DNA of 62,752 nucleotides, filler included, from Nemertoderma westbladi (Eukaryota > Animalia > Xenacoelomorpha), in assembly GCA_032718475.1 (NCBI GenBank). It is 3 parts of 3 records of this genome, joined end to end, with 100 filler letters (N's around TTAATTAATTAA, not from the genome) between each part and the next. Parts side by side here need not be neighbours in the genome. Positions count along the whole stretch, not along the records: positions 17,851 to 47,897 come from JAUCBJ010002411.1; 2 more parts are not named here. The stretch is one strand, 5' to 3'. Shown piece after piece: positions 22,701 through 36,397 of this stretch. A program made the translations under genes and the position numbers. The notes under the pieces were generated by a model that was given only the letters and a program-made list of their open reading frames with translations, searched no databases and had not been told where the DNA came from. Position 1 is the first letter of the stretch; the number at the start of each line of letters is the position of its first letter.

Positions 22701-23255
22701 AGTACCCTAAGTAACTATGGAGATCCCGGTTTGCACTAATGGAAAATTTGTAATCAGGAGATCAAATATAGTGTAAATGTGAGATTTCTATATTAATAGC
22801 TCGAACTCCACACTTTGTTATCAAAACTCGGAAAAAATGCGTGCGTGTTTAAAGATTTGGTGTGTAATAGGGTAATACTGGCCATATTTTGTTAATGAAA
22901 TACGAAAAGCCCCGATTTGTCATCATCCCCGGTTTGTACAAAAAATGGATCCCCGTTTTGTTAGTGGGATATGATTATATCGAACTCCCCGGTTTGGTTG
23001 AAAAATTTCATTTTTCAATCCATTGATCTAATATACTTTATAAAAAATAAATAATTGATTTTCCGCTTGTCTCGTGATCACTTATATCCCGAGAGAACGC
23101 AGAGAACGAGGTCAGTAATGTTTTGTATCTACAGTAGGCCTACTGTAGATGGTGCGGATACAGGGTATAATTCGAATGGACTCGATACATATTGTATATT
23201 GTATTTGATGAATCAAAAAGTTTCATTCTTGAGTGTAATTCTGCTTCAAATGTCA

Positions 23256-23358
23256 CCTTTCCTAACCTTTCCTAATCTTTCCTAACCTTTCCTAATCTTT
23301 CCTAACCTTTCCTAATCTTTCCTAACCTTTCCTAATCTTTCCTAACCTTGCCTATCTT
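23256..23358. repeat. 10/20-bp minisatellite (CCTAACCTTT/CCTAATCTTT alternating)
   Basis: About 9-10 visible 10-bp units. Confidence 0.95.
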
Positions 23359-23391
23359 AGAATTAAAAAGCTTGAGTTAATGCAATATAGT

Positions 23392-23643
23392 GTGGTACTT
23401 TTATTTAATTGTCAAGCAGTGAAGTAAAAACCTTACCGGTAGGTATGCAGTACAAATGAAACAGTAAAAAAGCAACTGACCTGTAGACGTTGCACGCAAT
23501 CAGTTATCAGCTGACAACTGTCAGCTGATCACTGATTGCATGCAACGTCTACAGGTCAGTTGCTTTTTTACTGTTTCATTTGTACTGCATACCTACCGGT
23601 AAGGTTTTTACTTCACTGCTTGACAATTAAATAAAAGTACCAC
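23392..23643. repeat. 252-bp near-perfect palindrome (foldback/MITE-like)
   Basis: 125-bp arms centred on CTGACA-AC-TGTCAG (23517-23518); two mismatches seen. Confidence 0.95.
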
Positions 23644-23895
23644 TATCTTGCCTATCTTCCTATGAACTGGCCGACAAACCGGGGCCCCGTCCAGATCCTC
23701 AATATAAGTAGGCTAATAAGATCCAATTGATCGGCGTTCTCGCATTCACAACCCAACCCCACTTTGTGAAAAACAATCTGGTTTAACACACACCGTCTGA
23801 TTGAACCAATGATAAAAATGTTTCTAAAACGAAATTCCCAGTTTGTGAAGATAAGTTGGTTACTATAATGTATGTACTGAAAGTTTGAAAGGAAA

Positions 23896-24015
23896 ACCGT
23901 GCTCTGTGTGTGTATCTCTCTCTGTCACGCACTTCTATATAAGAAGGCCGTGCTCTGTGTGTGTATCTCTCTCTGTCACGCACTTCTACAGACGAAGGCC
24001 GTGCTCTGTGTGTGT
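23896..24015 (+). repeat. Left remnant (~2.3 units) of the 51-bp satellite
   Basis: CCGTGCTCTGTGTGTGTATCTCTCTCTGTCACGCACTTCTA... same unit as 41799-44536. Confidence 0.95.
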
Positions 24016-24886
24016 ATTATGGGTCTTTGTTTACCTTTTTTCCTGATGCCAGAACATCGGCTGTGGAATTATTCTGTGTTTCAGACTTTAGCCAAACATT
24101 AGAACGGCTTTGATTATAGAAACGTATAAACTGTTATCATAGCACAGCACAGCATATCACATACCAAACTGGCATATCAGCCTGTCATATCTCATAAAAA
24201 CACCGCATTATTTTACTGCTATTTACTGTCGGTTATTAATTGTATCAGTTGATTGAATGTTGTTATATTTGGAGAATATCGATGAATAATCATAAAACCC
24301 CAATCTTCTTGATATACTAAAGGTTAGAGAGACCGGTTACATATAACAATTGCGACTGACATTATATTGGTTTTGGAGTGAATCTAATGCTATTTCATAG
24401 GTCCTACAGGTGTCGGTTGCTGTTCTCTTTATATGTGACTAAAATTAGTGAAGGTCGGCAGATCAGTGTGCAGCAGTGTGCGGTAGTGTGCATGAGTGTG
24501 ATAGATAACAAAGCATCTCCTAAAGAATGCGCTTTATACGTGAATCATTAGCCATCCCGTTGTGTCTAGTGTAAGTCATAACTCTGTTTACATATTTAGA
24601 GCGCCATGTCCTAAAGGAACTGTTAATATTTCCCGAAAGTGAATAATATTTGTCAGAGATTATATATTAGTGATCAATCGAATAGTAGAGTAGGCCTACA
24701 CCGCAATAAGGTCAGAGCTTCCGAATCCAGTCTCCCGGGTATATCCAGCGGGTGAATGGTCGCGCATAGGCTGGCTTCGGCTAATGTAGTGTACCAAATA
24801 CTTGTCATAGGCTAAAGTCGATTTATAACCTAAAAAGACACCTAAATTTGGCAGGTTAAACTGCTAAAGGTCTAAAAGCGCGAACA
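24016..24886 (+). repeat. 5' LTR of element 2 (5'-truncated by ~330 bp)
   Basis: Nearly identical to 40937-41798 (about 7 substitutions and one 9-bp indel by eye); ends CGCGAACA. Confidence 0.92.
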
Positions 24887-26708
24887 ATAACAGTTTATTA
24901 AGATCTTTATTGCGACGTAGGCAATAAAGACTAAAGTACCGGTCGACCGGTAACCAGTAGGCCTGACTGCCTAATCACCCAAACCGGTACTTACAGCAGT
25001 ACAGGTACTAGTATTATTCGATTTTGATAATTATATACCGGTAGGTCTTGATATTTAATCAGGGAGGGCCCGCCCTGGTTTTTATTGGGATTTTACTTAT
25101 TTCTGTCAGTTTTATTTATTTGTAAGTTAATATTGAGCAGAAGGCGTGTAAGCCCGCTCAACTAGTTAGGAACGTGGTGGGCTTCCAGTGCTGTAAGGTA
25201 AATCCCCCCCGAAAGAATAAGTCGTACTACTCGGTTAGAACGCATACTAACTAACCATTTCGGAGTCTGCATATACTGTAATTTATTTAGGCTTGATAGT
25301 AGTCTGCCAGCATTTGGCTTGTATTTTGTTTGTGTAGTCTGTACGGGTAGCATAATATTTATTATTCAGAGTTTATGCGATTATTCGCAACATTCATACC
25401 CCCAAGTTTATTCCTACAGTAATTGTGCTTGTTATACATACCGTTATAGTTAAACTAACCCCGGTACTACATCAGGGCTGCTCGGCGTAGGTAAAGACTG
25501 GAGATTTTATGCTTTGGTCACTCCGGCAGATACCGTGGTTCTTTTAGCTGTACAAGTATTTTTAACTACTGATTATTTGTTGTATAAGTACTTGTACCTA
25601 ATTTAGGGTTTAGTGTACAGTGCTTTCCGAAGGTAATTAGTGTGTAGGCAGTATATTTGTGTTGTAAAGTGGTTAATACGCACGTTGGCTATAGTAGGCC
25701 GCGGTAATTAACTTCTAGGTAGGAACACTCCGTGATACATAACGTAGTACTTATAGCGCTCCGGCTATAAGTCGTCAGACGGTGGTATTTTTCCTATCTG
25801 GACAACGCAGTATATTTACTACTGCTTTATTATTTTCAAATACCGTAGTATCCTGTCCGTTTGTAATAACCAGATATTCTAACCCCTTGTTAGGCTGGTT
25901 TGTAGATTTCTTGTAAAATTAACCCTAAAAATTCGTGCGTGTAATTTTTGTGTTTATTTAGAGATTGTAATCTCACCCCATATTTTACATAGGTTGTAGT
26001 AATAAGTAACTTAGGCAAAGTAGAATTATTTGTTTTAGTGTCCAACAAGTAGCACTTCACTGAGAGCGTACAGCTTCTGTGTAGTGACTCCCTCACCGAA
26101 ATAATAACATTTATTTCGAACATCGACAAAAACCCATTATACGGGTATATATATATTATAAATCAACTCAAACCGATTTATAAAACAGTAGGCCTGTCAT
26201 GCATCAATTAGGTCTTAATATCAGTTGGACTACTGCTTAAATAACAGTAACAAGTAAAGTAGAGTAACTAAGTAACCCTAAAAATTCAGAAATTCAATTA
26301 TTCTAAAATAATTGACATACCGGTATTTATAATAGGCCTATTATATTTATTTTTATTTTTATAAATTTGAGCTGAAATTATATACCGGTATTCTGTAATT
26401 AATTCTAGTCTATAATTATACTTATATACACTATAAGTGTAAGCTGTATACCGGTATTCACGATAGGCTTATTATATATTTCTATATATTTGTGCTGAAA
26501 TTATATACCGGTATTCTGTGACAAACCTAGTCTGTAATAATACTTATATACTATAAGTGTATACCGGTACTCTAATATTTTGTATATATATCACGTTACA
26601 TAGCGTAACGATATCGGTAATTAATTACTAGGCTAACAGTTGATACTGAATTATTATACTTGCTTTAACTGTAGTTCCGGCAGTAGGCATTCAACTGTAT
26701 AAACAAAC

Positions 26709-27098
26709 ATGTCTGACACAAAGCAAAACCTGTCAGACAGTCTCCTAGATACAACCATCTGTGACGCAGACAGGAGTATGGAACGTGTAAGACCGAAGTT
26801 CAACTCACCTCCTACTGTAAGAAAGATCATCCCTCCAGTAGTAGTATCAGACCCTAGGCTAGTCAAACATCGTAGGTCTATCATAGGCACTCGGGCTCAA
26901 GTCAAGCGGGACCAAGTAGCAGCTGTTAAACAGCTGCAACACTCGAGCCGAGAACTTAGTTTTCAGCAGCCCGATAGCTCCAGTAGTGCTGATACTGTAG
27001 AACTGACACCCGAGCGCGGAATGATGGAAAGATGGCAGATACGGTTTATTCGGATCCCCTTCTCATTCTTCCTGCATCCGTACTCACTAGGGTATTGA
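26709..27098 (+). CDS. Upstream ORF (129 aa) overlapping gag, or a frameshifted gag N-terminus
   Basis: ATG-initiated ORF right after the AT-rich leader; overlaps the gag ORF in a different frame. Confidence 0.35.
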   Translation: MSDTKQNLSDSLLDTTICDADRSMERVRPKFNSPPTVRKIIPPVVVSDPRLVKHRRSIIGTRAQVKRDQVAAVKQLQHSSRELSFQQPDSSSSADTVELTPERGMMERWQIRFIRIPFSFFLHPYSLGY

Positions 27099-30000
27099 TT
27101 GCGGTGGAAGAACACCAGATTGATTGGGCGAGAAGTATGCGATCGACCAAGGACAGTTATGCGGGATACGCAAGGGAGGAACTGAAGTCTATTGTCGAGT
27201 CGCAATGGAACTTCCCCGGACCCGGACTCCCGTTTGAAGCTGCCTGGGAAGACATACACAGGATGGGAGTAACGAAAGACACTAGGGATCCAGCTGTGTG
27301 GAAGGGGTCGGCAGCAGGATATGTACAGGGATTCTTCAGCTCTTTAGAGCGATTAGAAGAACAACTGTTTCGACAACCCCAAGGACCTCAAGAGCAGGGA
27401 GAGCTGCTTTATCAAGTTAGAGAAAGAATTCTAAGAATCAGACTAATCCTATTGGCCTTTGAGGAAGCTTCGAAAAGAAGACAAGACACGTCGTTGCAAG
27501 TTGCCGTAAAGACTTGGTTCCAGCGGGTGAGTCTCAAGGATCAAGGAGCGGCCCGGTGGAAATCTCAGCTGGCTGAGTGCTCAACCCATGGAGAATCAAC
27601 AGACGCTACCTTTTCCCAAGTGGAAAGTGAAGCGACAGCAGAGAAACCGCATAAGAGGGATGCTATTGACATCTATCTGTCAGACTATCAACGATTTCTA
27701 TGTGATGAAGAGTTGAGGAGAAGGCTAGCTGGACTTCGTCCGAATAGCGAAGGAACCAAGCTTGTGTTGGACGCAATCGATGCGGAAATGTTAGCTGCGA
27801 ACCAAGCTAAATTTGATGAAAGACTCCGCATCGCTAGGGTCCAAGAAGAACAAGTAAAGAGAAAACGTATAGAAGACAGAAAGACAGCAGCAGCGGCAGT
27901 GGCAGCGGCAGAAGCGGAAAGAAAAGCGGCAGAGGCGGAAAGAAAGATGGCAGTGGCAGAAGCGGAACGGAGAGCGTCTGAAGAGACCACCCAACTAGAG
28001 TTGGAAAATATTCAAGAGAATCAAGACTGCATAAATAAACAGTTAACAGGTAGTCAAATGCAGATGATGAGTCGATCTACTCCCAAGAGGCAGGGATATA
28101 CATCATCTGATGAAGGCGATACCACCGATCCTGAAGGCGGAGGAAATAGATCTCGTTTAAGCAGACGGAGAAGAATGCCTCACCGTCAGAAATTGCCTGA
28201 TTTGCCCCCAGCTGTTAGAAGGCGACTAGCTAACACTAACTTAGGTAGTACAGAACCCACAGGCCAAATTATTAAAATAGAAAGACTCCCTACTATAGTA
28301 GATGAGCCTGAAATAATTAGGCCTATTCTCGAAGCCACCCCTTCGGTGATAGAGACACCTGTACTCCCTGAAACTACCTCTAAATTCCCTCTGCACAGCA
28401 CTAAACTGCCTGTACCCAACAGAACCACCCCTGAAAATGTTCATATCCTGGACTCCGAGCGAAATATTAATGATTTGTCGCCCGTTGTCCCTCGTCCGCC
28501 CGCTACAACGTTGGCGCCTCCCGCTTCGACGGTCGAGTGGGTAGATGAGGGACGACGGGAGATGGGTCTCCTGCTCGGGCAGCTGAGGGAACACCATTCT
28601 TGCTCCTCTCAGCAGGTCCGGGAGATGGATGGGACTGTGCAGCAGTTAAAGGGAACAATCAGAGAGGGTAGGTTAGAGTTGCAAGAAGTGCAGCAGTGTA
28701 TCGCGTTAGAACGCGACAAATTAGTAAATATCCAAAAGGGTATACCACCACCCCCTGTAACAATGTGTCAACCTGTTAGGTCTGAAGTATTTCATGCGCA
28801 AGGTGTGGAGCCTACACGCATCTATACTGCTAGTGAAGTAGAAACTCCTATAGCAAACCCTATTAAGGGTAATTATAAACCTGTTGACAATGATATTCCA
28901 TATAGACCTGACCATAATCCGAGAAATTTATATACCGATAACTCGATATTAAATAACACGATGGCCCAAGAAAGTTTTACACGTCAAATGGCTAGAACCG
29001 AAGCCCGTCAAGCGGTAAAGGTGGGAGAGATCGTCAAGTTCAATGGAGATGAGATGAAATGGTTACCTTTTACTGAATATTATAAGGATAACATACAGAA
29101 CTCTGTGCTATCTAACGGAGAGAAGTTTAGATTCCTCATCGAGTGCTTGGAAGGATCTCCCAAGTTAATGGCGTTAAAGTTTATTGGACATCCAGATGGA
29201 TTAAGACAAGTTTGGGATACACTAAACATCAGGTATGGTAATAGGAATAACATAGCTAGATATTTGTATGCAAAATTGGTAGCGCCCCGAAAGTTCATTA
29301 GCAACGGGATTATAGAGTTTTCCGATGAGATTCAGGAGATCTGTAGACAATTAGATTGGCTAGGTAAGTCTCATGAATATCAGAGTTCTATGGTTATTGG
29401 AGCCGTGGCCTCTACTTTACCAAAGGGTGGAGTAGGTACACGCTGGGACAAGAAAGTCTTATATATGATGGAACAACAACGAAGAGACCCTACCATGGCT
29501 GATCTCATGTCATTCTTAGATGGAGAGGTGAAATTGCAGCTCCTAAAGCAGTCCAGAGAGAAGACACCGGAAAATAAGGTAAGTGAGAAACCCGTTTCTA
29601 GGAGAAAGGTAACACCAGTGTGTTATACAGACGACTGCGAAAGCCAGGCTTCTCAAGAAGAAGACAGCGGGAAAGACACTGAAAGATCTTACTATGTCAA
29701 TAAAGCTTCTAAAGACGTGAGTAAATTTAAGTCTCGAACCAATGACAGGAGAGAACAGGTAAGAAAAACTCCTCCTACGTCTCCTAAGAGAATTCATATA
29801 AGGAAGCCCGAGGAAAGAACTAGTGTGCACAACGTTACCCAAAGTAAGGTAAGTAACATTAAACCGAAATGTGCGCTGTGTGACGGGCCCCACCGATTGA
29901 GTGTGTGTGATGAATTTCTCAAGAAATCACTCAAGGATAGGCGTGAAGTCATGTAGGATAAGCGGTTGTGTGATAATTGCCTCAGACAAGGACACCAACG

Positions 30001-33000
30001 GCGAACCTGTTACTCCGACACAAGGTGTGCAAAATGCGGTGCGAAACATCATATCTTGTTGCACACTGAATTCGAAAGAAACAGCCCGAGTCAGGTAAGT
30101 GAGTTCGAACTACATGTCCAATTCAGTGATGTGAACGACACTGACCAAAGTTCTGAGATGGAAGGATTCTATACAGATGAATTCTCCGACAAAAACGAAT
30201 CCTGTTACCTAATAAATACCGCAGTGTATCGAGCACTTACGTATGAGAAGGAAACCGACAGGGAGCTTCTCCCCCCAACTGCTCCTGACCGACAACTATC
30301 TTGGAAAGCACCAACTTCCAATGTAGGAATCAGAGAATTTCCCGTAGTGCAGTTGAGAGTCCACGGGCCTAATCAGAGTTATATCGTAAACGCCCTCCTT
30401 GACTCCGGCAGCACAGGAACATTTATTGACAAAGAGCTAGCCGAGGACATCTTTGCTGGACAACCCAAGTTCCGAACTAAGTTAAACATGTCTGGAATTA
30501 TGCAGGTTTGGAAATCTACAGTAATCGCAGATTATTATGTAGGTGCGTTGTCCACTCCCCAGGATGAACTAGGAGAACACAGTATAAGGTCAGTAAAAAT
30601 GGTGGCGATAAAGAACTTCGCTACCAGCCAAGTGGAACCTTATAACTGGGATGAGGACGAGTTCACCCAGCAGCATAGGATACCTAGATTCAATACAGAC
30701 TATCCTGGAGTGCAAATACTTATCGGCCAAAATGCGCATGAGGCGCTTAAGACATTGGAGAAACGGCCTACTCGACCGCAACCACTACAAACCTATGCGG
30801 GAAGATGTTGGTACTTTACTGGCCCTTCCCGTAGAACCCTCATGGAAAGGTTACCACAAGAACAGGTATACCAGGTAAGTGAATGGGGAGAGGAGAACAG
30901 TGAGGTAGACAAACCAACTGAGGGAACACCATACTCCTCAGATAATGATGACATCCATCAGCTCTTTGACGAGGAGAAGACCATCGACCTCCTTACGGAA
31001 AACGAAACTTGGCAAAACCAAGTGAATCTATGTCATCTCATTCATCCAGATGAACAAGTGTATAACGACGAACTTAATGAAGTGATAGATCGCTATAACG
31101 CGAAAATTCGAGATGAACACGCCGTACGATTCTTTACTCAAGAGGCTGTAGAGCCCAATTCCTACGATAAGGCCCTATCGGTAGAAGAAGAAAAAGCCAA
31201 GCAGATCCAGGAGACAACTACACGTTTTCTCAAAGATCAAGGCAGATACGAAATTGGTCTGCCATTTAGAAAGCGAGAACCTAAATTCATAAACAACTGA
31301 CTCTTGGCGGAGAAAAGAATTGCGCAACTACATCGACGCCTTATGGCAAATACTTCTGCTAAGGAAATGTACAAGGCTCAATTGGAAAAATTTATTAGCA
31401 AGGGATATGCAGAACGAGTACCTGAAGGAACACCCACAACTGAGAGAACATACTATCTAACACATCATTACGTTCCCAAACCCCGTAAACCCAATGAAGT
31501 CCGGGTAGTATTGGACGACTCCGCCCTCTACATGGGCCAATCCCTTAATTCCGAGTTGTTGCCAGGACCCAACTTACTCCAATCCTTGTTGGGAATACTC
31601 CTAAGATTACGACAATATTTCATCGCTTTCGCCTCCGATATAGAAGGCATGTTCTTACAAGTTAAGGCGCTGGATAGGGATCGAGACAGCCTACGATTTC
31701 TGTGGTGGCCGGAAGGGGACCTCAACCAGAAACCGGTGGAGTACTGGATGACCATCTAGGCTTTTGGGATCATCTCAAGCCCTTCAAACGCCTGCTCAGT
31801 AGTGCGCACCACTGCTGATGACAACCGGGACGCCTTCTCTAAAGAGGTGATCGACAATATCAAACGGGATATATACATGGACGACAATTTAAAGTCCCTC
31901 CCATCGGTGGAAGAAGCCATTGATGTCGCCAAAGGAACGGTAGAGTGCTTAAAAAGAGGTGGATTTCGATTAACTAAATTCACCAGCAACTCCCGTGAGT
32001 TTCTGGAATCGATCCCGGTAGAAGATCGAGGAGCGAAAGATCTAGACCTAATCAAAGACGATCTTCCAGAAACCAAAACACTTGGTTTGAAATGGGACAC
32101 GGAGAGAGATATCCTGTTTTTCCAGCTAAAACAGCGAGATAATCCAGTTTGGACTAAACGGATTTGTCTAAGTATCCTGAGCACTTATTTCGATCCATTG
32201 GGATTTATTAGCCCAGTTATATTGATTGCTCGGAGTTTAGTACAACAAATGTGGCTTGAAAACCACTCATGGAACGATCCACTTAAGGGAGAACTATTAA
32301 AGAAGTGGATGAAATGGGAAGATTCTCTACCATCCATCGAGAACTTTATAATTTCCCGTTCATATTTTGGTCATGTTCTCCCTACGTATTCCTATCAACT
32401 CCATGTGTTTGGAGACGCCAGCGATATGGGAATAGGTATAGTAGCCTACCTGAGAGTTGAAACTCCGGATGGAATCAAAGTCGCCTTGGTTACCTCTAAG
32501 GCATTGATAAATAACAAGTTGAAAGTTCCTCGAGCGGAGTTAAAAGCGGCTCTATACGCTACAGCCATCGGCCGGAATGTCACAGAACAGATCGAATATC
32601 CACTGGAAAAAACAGTCTATTGGACCGATGCTTTACTCGTGTTGGAGTATATAACCAATGAAGTTTGTCAGTTCAGCGTCTTCGTTACCAACAGAGTAGC
32701 CATTACACTTAGTCGCACGAAGATAGATCAATGGAGACATTGCCCTGGGACGATTAATCCAGCAGACATCGCCTCCAGGGGAGCAACTCCGCAAGAACTG
32801 ATAGATACTCCAGACTGGTTAGGTGGACCCGACTTCCTAAGCAAAGAAGAGGATGAATGGCCTCCTCATCTTACTACGGCGGAGATTAGACAGGCCAAGG
32901 GAGCGGAGAAAGTCAAACCTAAAACTCGGGCGAGTAAATCGAAGTTATTCAAACCTGCGATAGATCTGTCTGTACTACACGTTTCCAGAGACGATGCTTT

Positions 33001-34761
33001 GGATCCACAATCCCCCGCCACAAATAAGTCTGTTGTGGAAATCAGAGAGAGAGATTGGAAATCTGGAACGCCAGACGTCTCGCAAGGACTCTCACCCCTC
33101 CTGCAGAGAGTGATACATCACTATAGTTCCTGGAATCGGCTCTGTAAGGCCGTTACATATTTAAAGCGATGTTTTCATCATCACTACTCCCGGACGAAGA
33201 CCACTTTGATACCGCTCCACTGACATCTGTGCAGGTCCATGTTGTTAAAGATCTTCCCAAATACAAGGTATCAGATAGGTTTCTGACGGAGAAGATCAGT
33301 TACCAGAAGCATGAAGAAACCAATAAGCAGATACTGAGACTCCTGCAATGCTATGAGGATTCCGATAAGTATTTCCTGTTGTTGAGAAATCCACAGATGC
33401 GCTTAAGGGATCGTTTCTCTAGCACAATGATAGATGGGTTAATACGTGTTGAAGGAAGACTAACTAATGCTCCATTATCCTTTGACAATAAGTTTCCCAT
33501 ACTCATTAGAAATCTTGAAATACAAATCAAGATGATTGTAGATGTTCACAGTAAACTTTATCATGCTGGTAGAGAACGAGTTCTTAGCGAAATTCGAACT
33601 CGCTATTATTTTTATAAACGCCGTAGAGCTCTGAACCAAGTTCTTAGGAACTGCATACCCTGTAGGAAAGCATTCAGTAGGCCTTTAACACAGCGAGAGG
33701 CAGAATTACCTAGGCAACGAGTAAGCTTCTATGAACCACCCTTTACCAATACCGGTGTGGATTTATTTGGCCCTATTGAAGTATATGGTGCTAGGACTAT
33801 AGTCAAGAGATGGTGTGTCATCTTTGTATGTATGACTTGTAGAAGAGCTATCCATCTCGATATGGTGAACGATTTGTCTACCAATAGCTTCCTATTGAGC
33901 TTACGCCGACAGATCGCTCGCTTTGGAACTAGTAACACGATGAGATCTGATAAGGGAACGAACTTCATTGGTGCCAACAATGAAATCAAAGCTTACGTCA
34001 AAGATTGGAACCATTGACAGGTGGACGATCAGCTAAGGGTAACAGCGTCTAGCTGGACCTTCAACGCCGCCGATGCCCCTTGGTGGGGAGGGAGTTGGGA
34101 GAGATTAATCAGGAGCGTGAAGACCGCATTTCACTTTATAGTGCCGTGCCGCGCGTATCTCACCGACGAACTTTTGCGGACGTTAATGGAGGAAATCGCC
34201 GCCTATCTCAACGAGAGACCGCTTATGCCAGTCTCATCGAGTCCCAATTCCCTGGAAGCGCTAACACCCGTGCACTTCCTACTGAAGAAACCTGTAGCCA
34301 TGCTCCCACGATCGGAAATCACGGACGGAGACGAATACTGCCGGCAAACTTGGCAACTTATGCAGTTGGTATCCCGTCGTTTCGCTGACCATTTCGAAAA
34401 ACATTATCTGCCCATGCTACAACTTCGAACTAAGTGGTTTACACAACAAGAAAACGTCAGCGCTGGAGACATGGTTCTTATTGTGGATTCAGATCTTCCA
34501 CGTAAGCGGTGGCAGACAGGTCGTATCATCGAGACTCATATCTCGGAGGATGGTTTGGTGCGATCGGTAGAACTCGTCGTCATGCGACGTAACTTTAAGA
34601 AACCGGGAATCATCTTTGAGACACAGCAACTCAATCGCCCAGTTGGTCGTTTATGTTTACTGGAAAGAGACAGAGAACTCTCCGGAAACTATGGAAGGCA
34701 AGATACTCTTCCCACGACCACCTCCCTAATCCCACAAACATCTAGGGACTCCCCAACGTAA
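27032..34761 (+). pseudogene. BEL/Pao gag-pol polyprotein (4 in-frame stops, 1 frameshift near 33180)
   Basis: KFNGDEMKW (DUF1759-like), CALCDGPHRLSVC/CDNCLRQGHQRRTC/CAKCGAKHHILLH, protease LLDSGS, RT PGPNL..DIEGMFLQV..YMDD, RNase H VFGDASD..PRAEL..WTD..NPADIASRG, integrase GVDLFGP/SDKGTNF/GSWERLI. Confidence 0.97.
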
Positions 34762-35312
34762 CAGCATCTGGAGTGGGTGTGTGACTCTATTATTTTATAT
34801 TTGCTCTTATTATTTTATATTTATGTATGTATTATTATGTAATTTTATTATAATCGTTTTCTTTAATTTTATTTAGTAGAATGTTATTTTAGCGATTATT
34901 TAGTAGATTAGTGCAATATATATTAGTGTTTATTACTTACTTACTTATATATTATATATTTAGTGCGACGGAGAGAAATAATTATTTTCTCTTTCCTTAC
35001 TGTCCGTACCATATTATAAATACGTGACTACAGTAAGATGAAATGTCCGTACTTATTAAAGTACAATAAAGCTCCTACTATATTTAAGTATTATTGGTAA
35101 GTAGAGTATTAGGAATGCAAAATTCAGATCCTCGTGTCTCGGCTAAACCAAGCTCTGGGTAGACCTTGGAAACGACTTGCCTCTTCTCACTGACATTGCT
35201 TCTTGCGATATTGCTCTCATACCGTATATTAAATAATACATATAGTAGCGTGATGTCCCTTTAACAGTAGCGTACAACGCAAATAAATCTGTTAAACCCT
35301 TTGACCATCTGT

Positions 35313-35600
35313 AATTCTAGTCGATTAAGATATCGTGGCACCCACCGATATACTTGAAAGACAAATTCTAGAATCAGTGGTTAACGTCCCCAGACATGTT
35401 CTGGAATTAACCGGTGCCCATCTCAAATATTAACTATTAATATTTATAAAATCTGTCAAACTTTAGATCCTTTAAAATTCTAGTCAATTAAGATATCGTA
35501 GCACTTACCGATACTCTTAAAAGGACAAATTTCCTAGAATTCAGGATCCTAGTCCCCAGACATGCTCTGGAATACAATTGTGTCTATTTAATATTAAGTA
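35313..35600 (+). repeat. Two ~163-bp imperfect repeats with hairpins in the pol-ORF3 spacer of element 2
   Basis: AATTCTAGTC.ATTAAGATATCGT.GCAC..ACCGATA...CTAGAAT...TCCCCAGACATG.TCTGGAAT at ~35313 and ~35477. Confidence 0.85.
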
Positions 35601-36397
35601 ATAAAATTTACGGGAATAAATTTAAATTCATATTTTAATGAATTTGATAAATTGTCATTTTTATACAATTTGCAACATTCCCAAAATTCCATTAATTAAT
35701 AGATCATGGGAGCGGAGATTCACCCTATTAAGTATATTAGTGTGCGAGAATCTCCAATATATAGTCAATAGCCGATAAAATTCATAAAATCATGTATAAA
35801 GAGGAGTATTGACAATTAAAGAATTACTGTTAAATAGCATCCCAGATCTGTATGCATGGGAATTACCCTAATTCTACCGCTGGCTTTCCATAATGTCACC
35901 ATAGCAACAACCACGTTAGAATTAGAAGCGAGTTAAAAGAACAATAGAAAGCTTGCCCCATTGAATAGCATAGAGAATAAATAGCACACTGTTAGTATCC
36001 AAGGATACAGAATAACAACGTGGCATTCTGGAAGGCACTTGACTAACGGACAAATGGCCCGAATGTGTACAATTTGTGACAGTTGTGTGGAATTTGTGCG
36101 TTTGTAGGTGAATGTTACTACTAAAGTGTGTTTACAGTAGCGAGTCGCAATTGTGAAAGTAGCCCTAACTCTCCAGTAAGAACCTGAAGTCAATCTAAGC
36201 CTTTGGGACGGACAGTGGAGTGACTTGTGCCGGTTATCGTTGTCGTTGTGTAGCTACTACGTTGGCGAAAAACACAGCGATGACGGTACATCGGCGCTGA
36301 GGATCTTGCACTGTCCGGGGGCCGAGAGGGATAGGCAGCGACGCCCGCTAGCCTAAATATAAACTCATTATAATATTAATAAACCCATATAGCAGTT

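Noticed and set aside
29954-29956. Programmed stop-codon readthrough between gag and pol
   Set aside because: The TAG falls between Zn knuckles, three more in-frame stops and a frameshift follow, and BEL/Pao normally has one ORF; this is simple decay.
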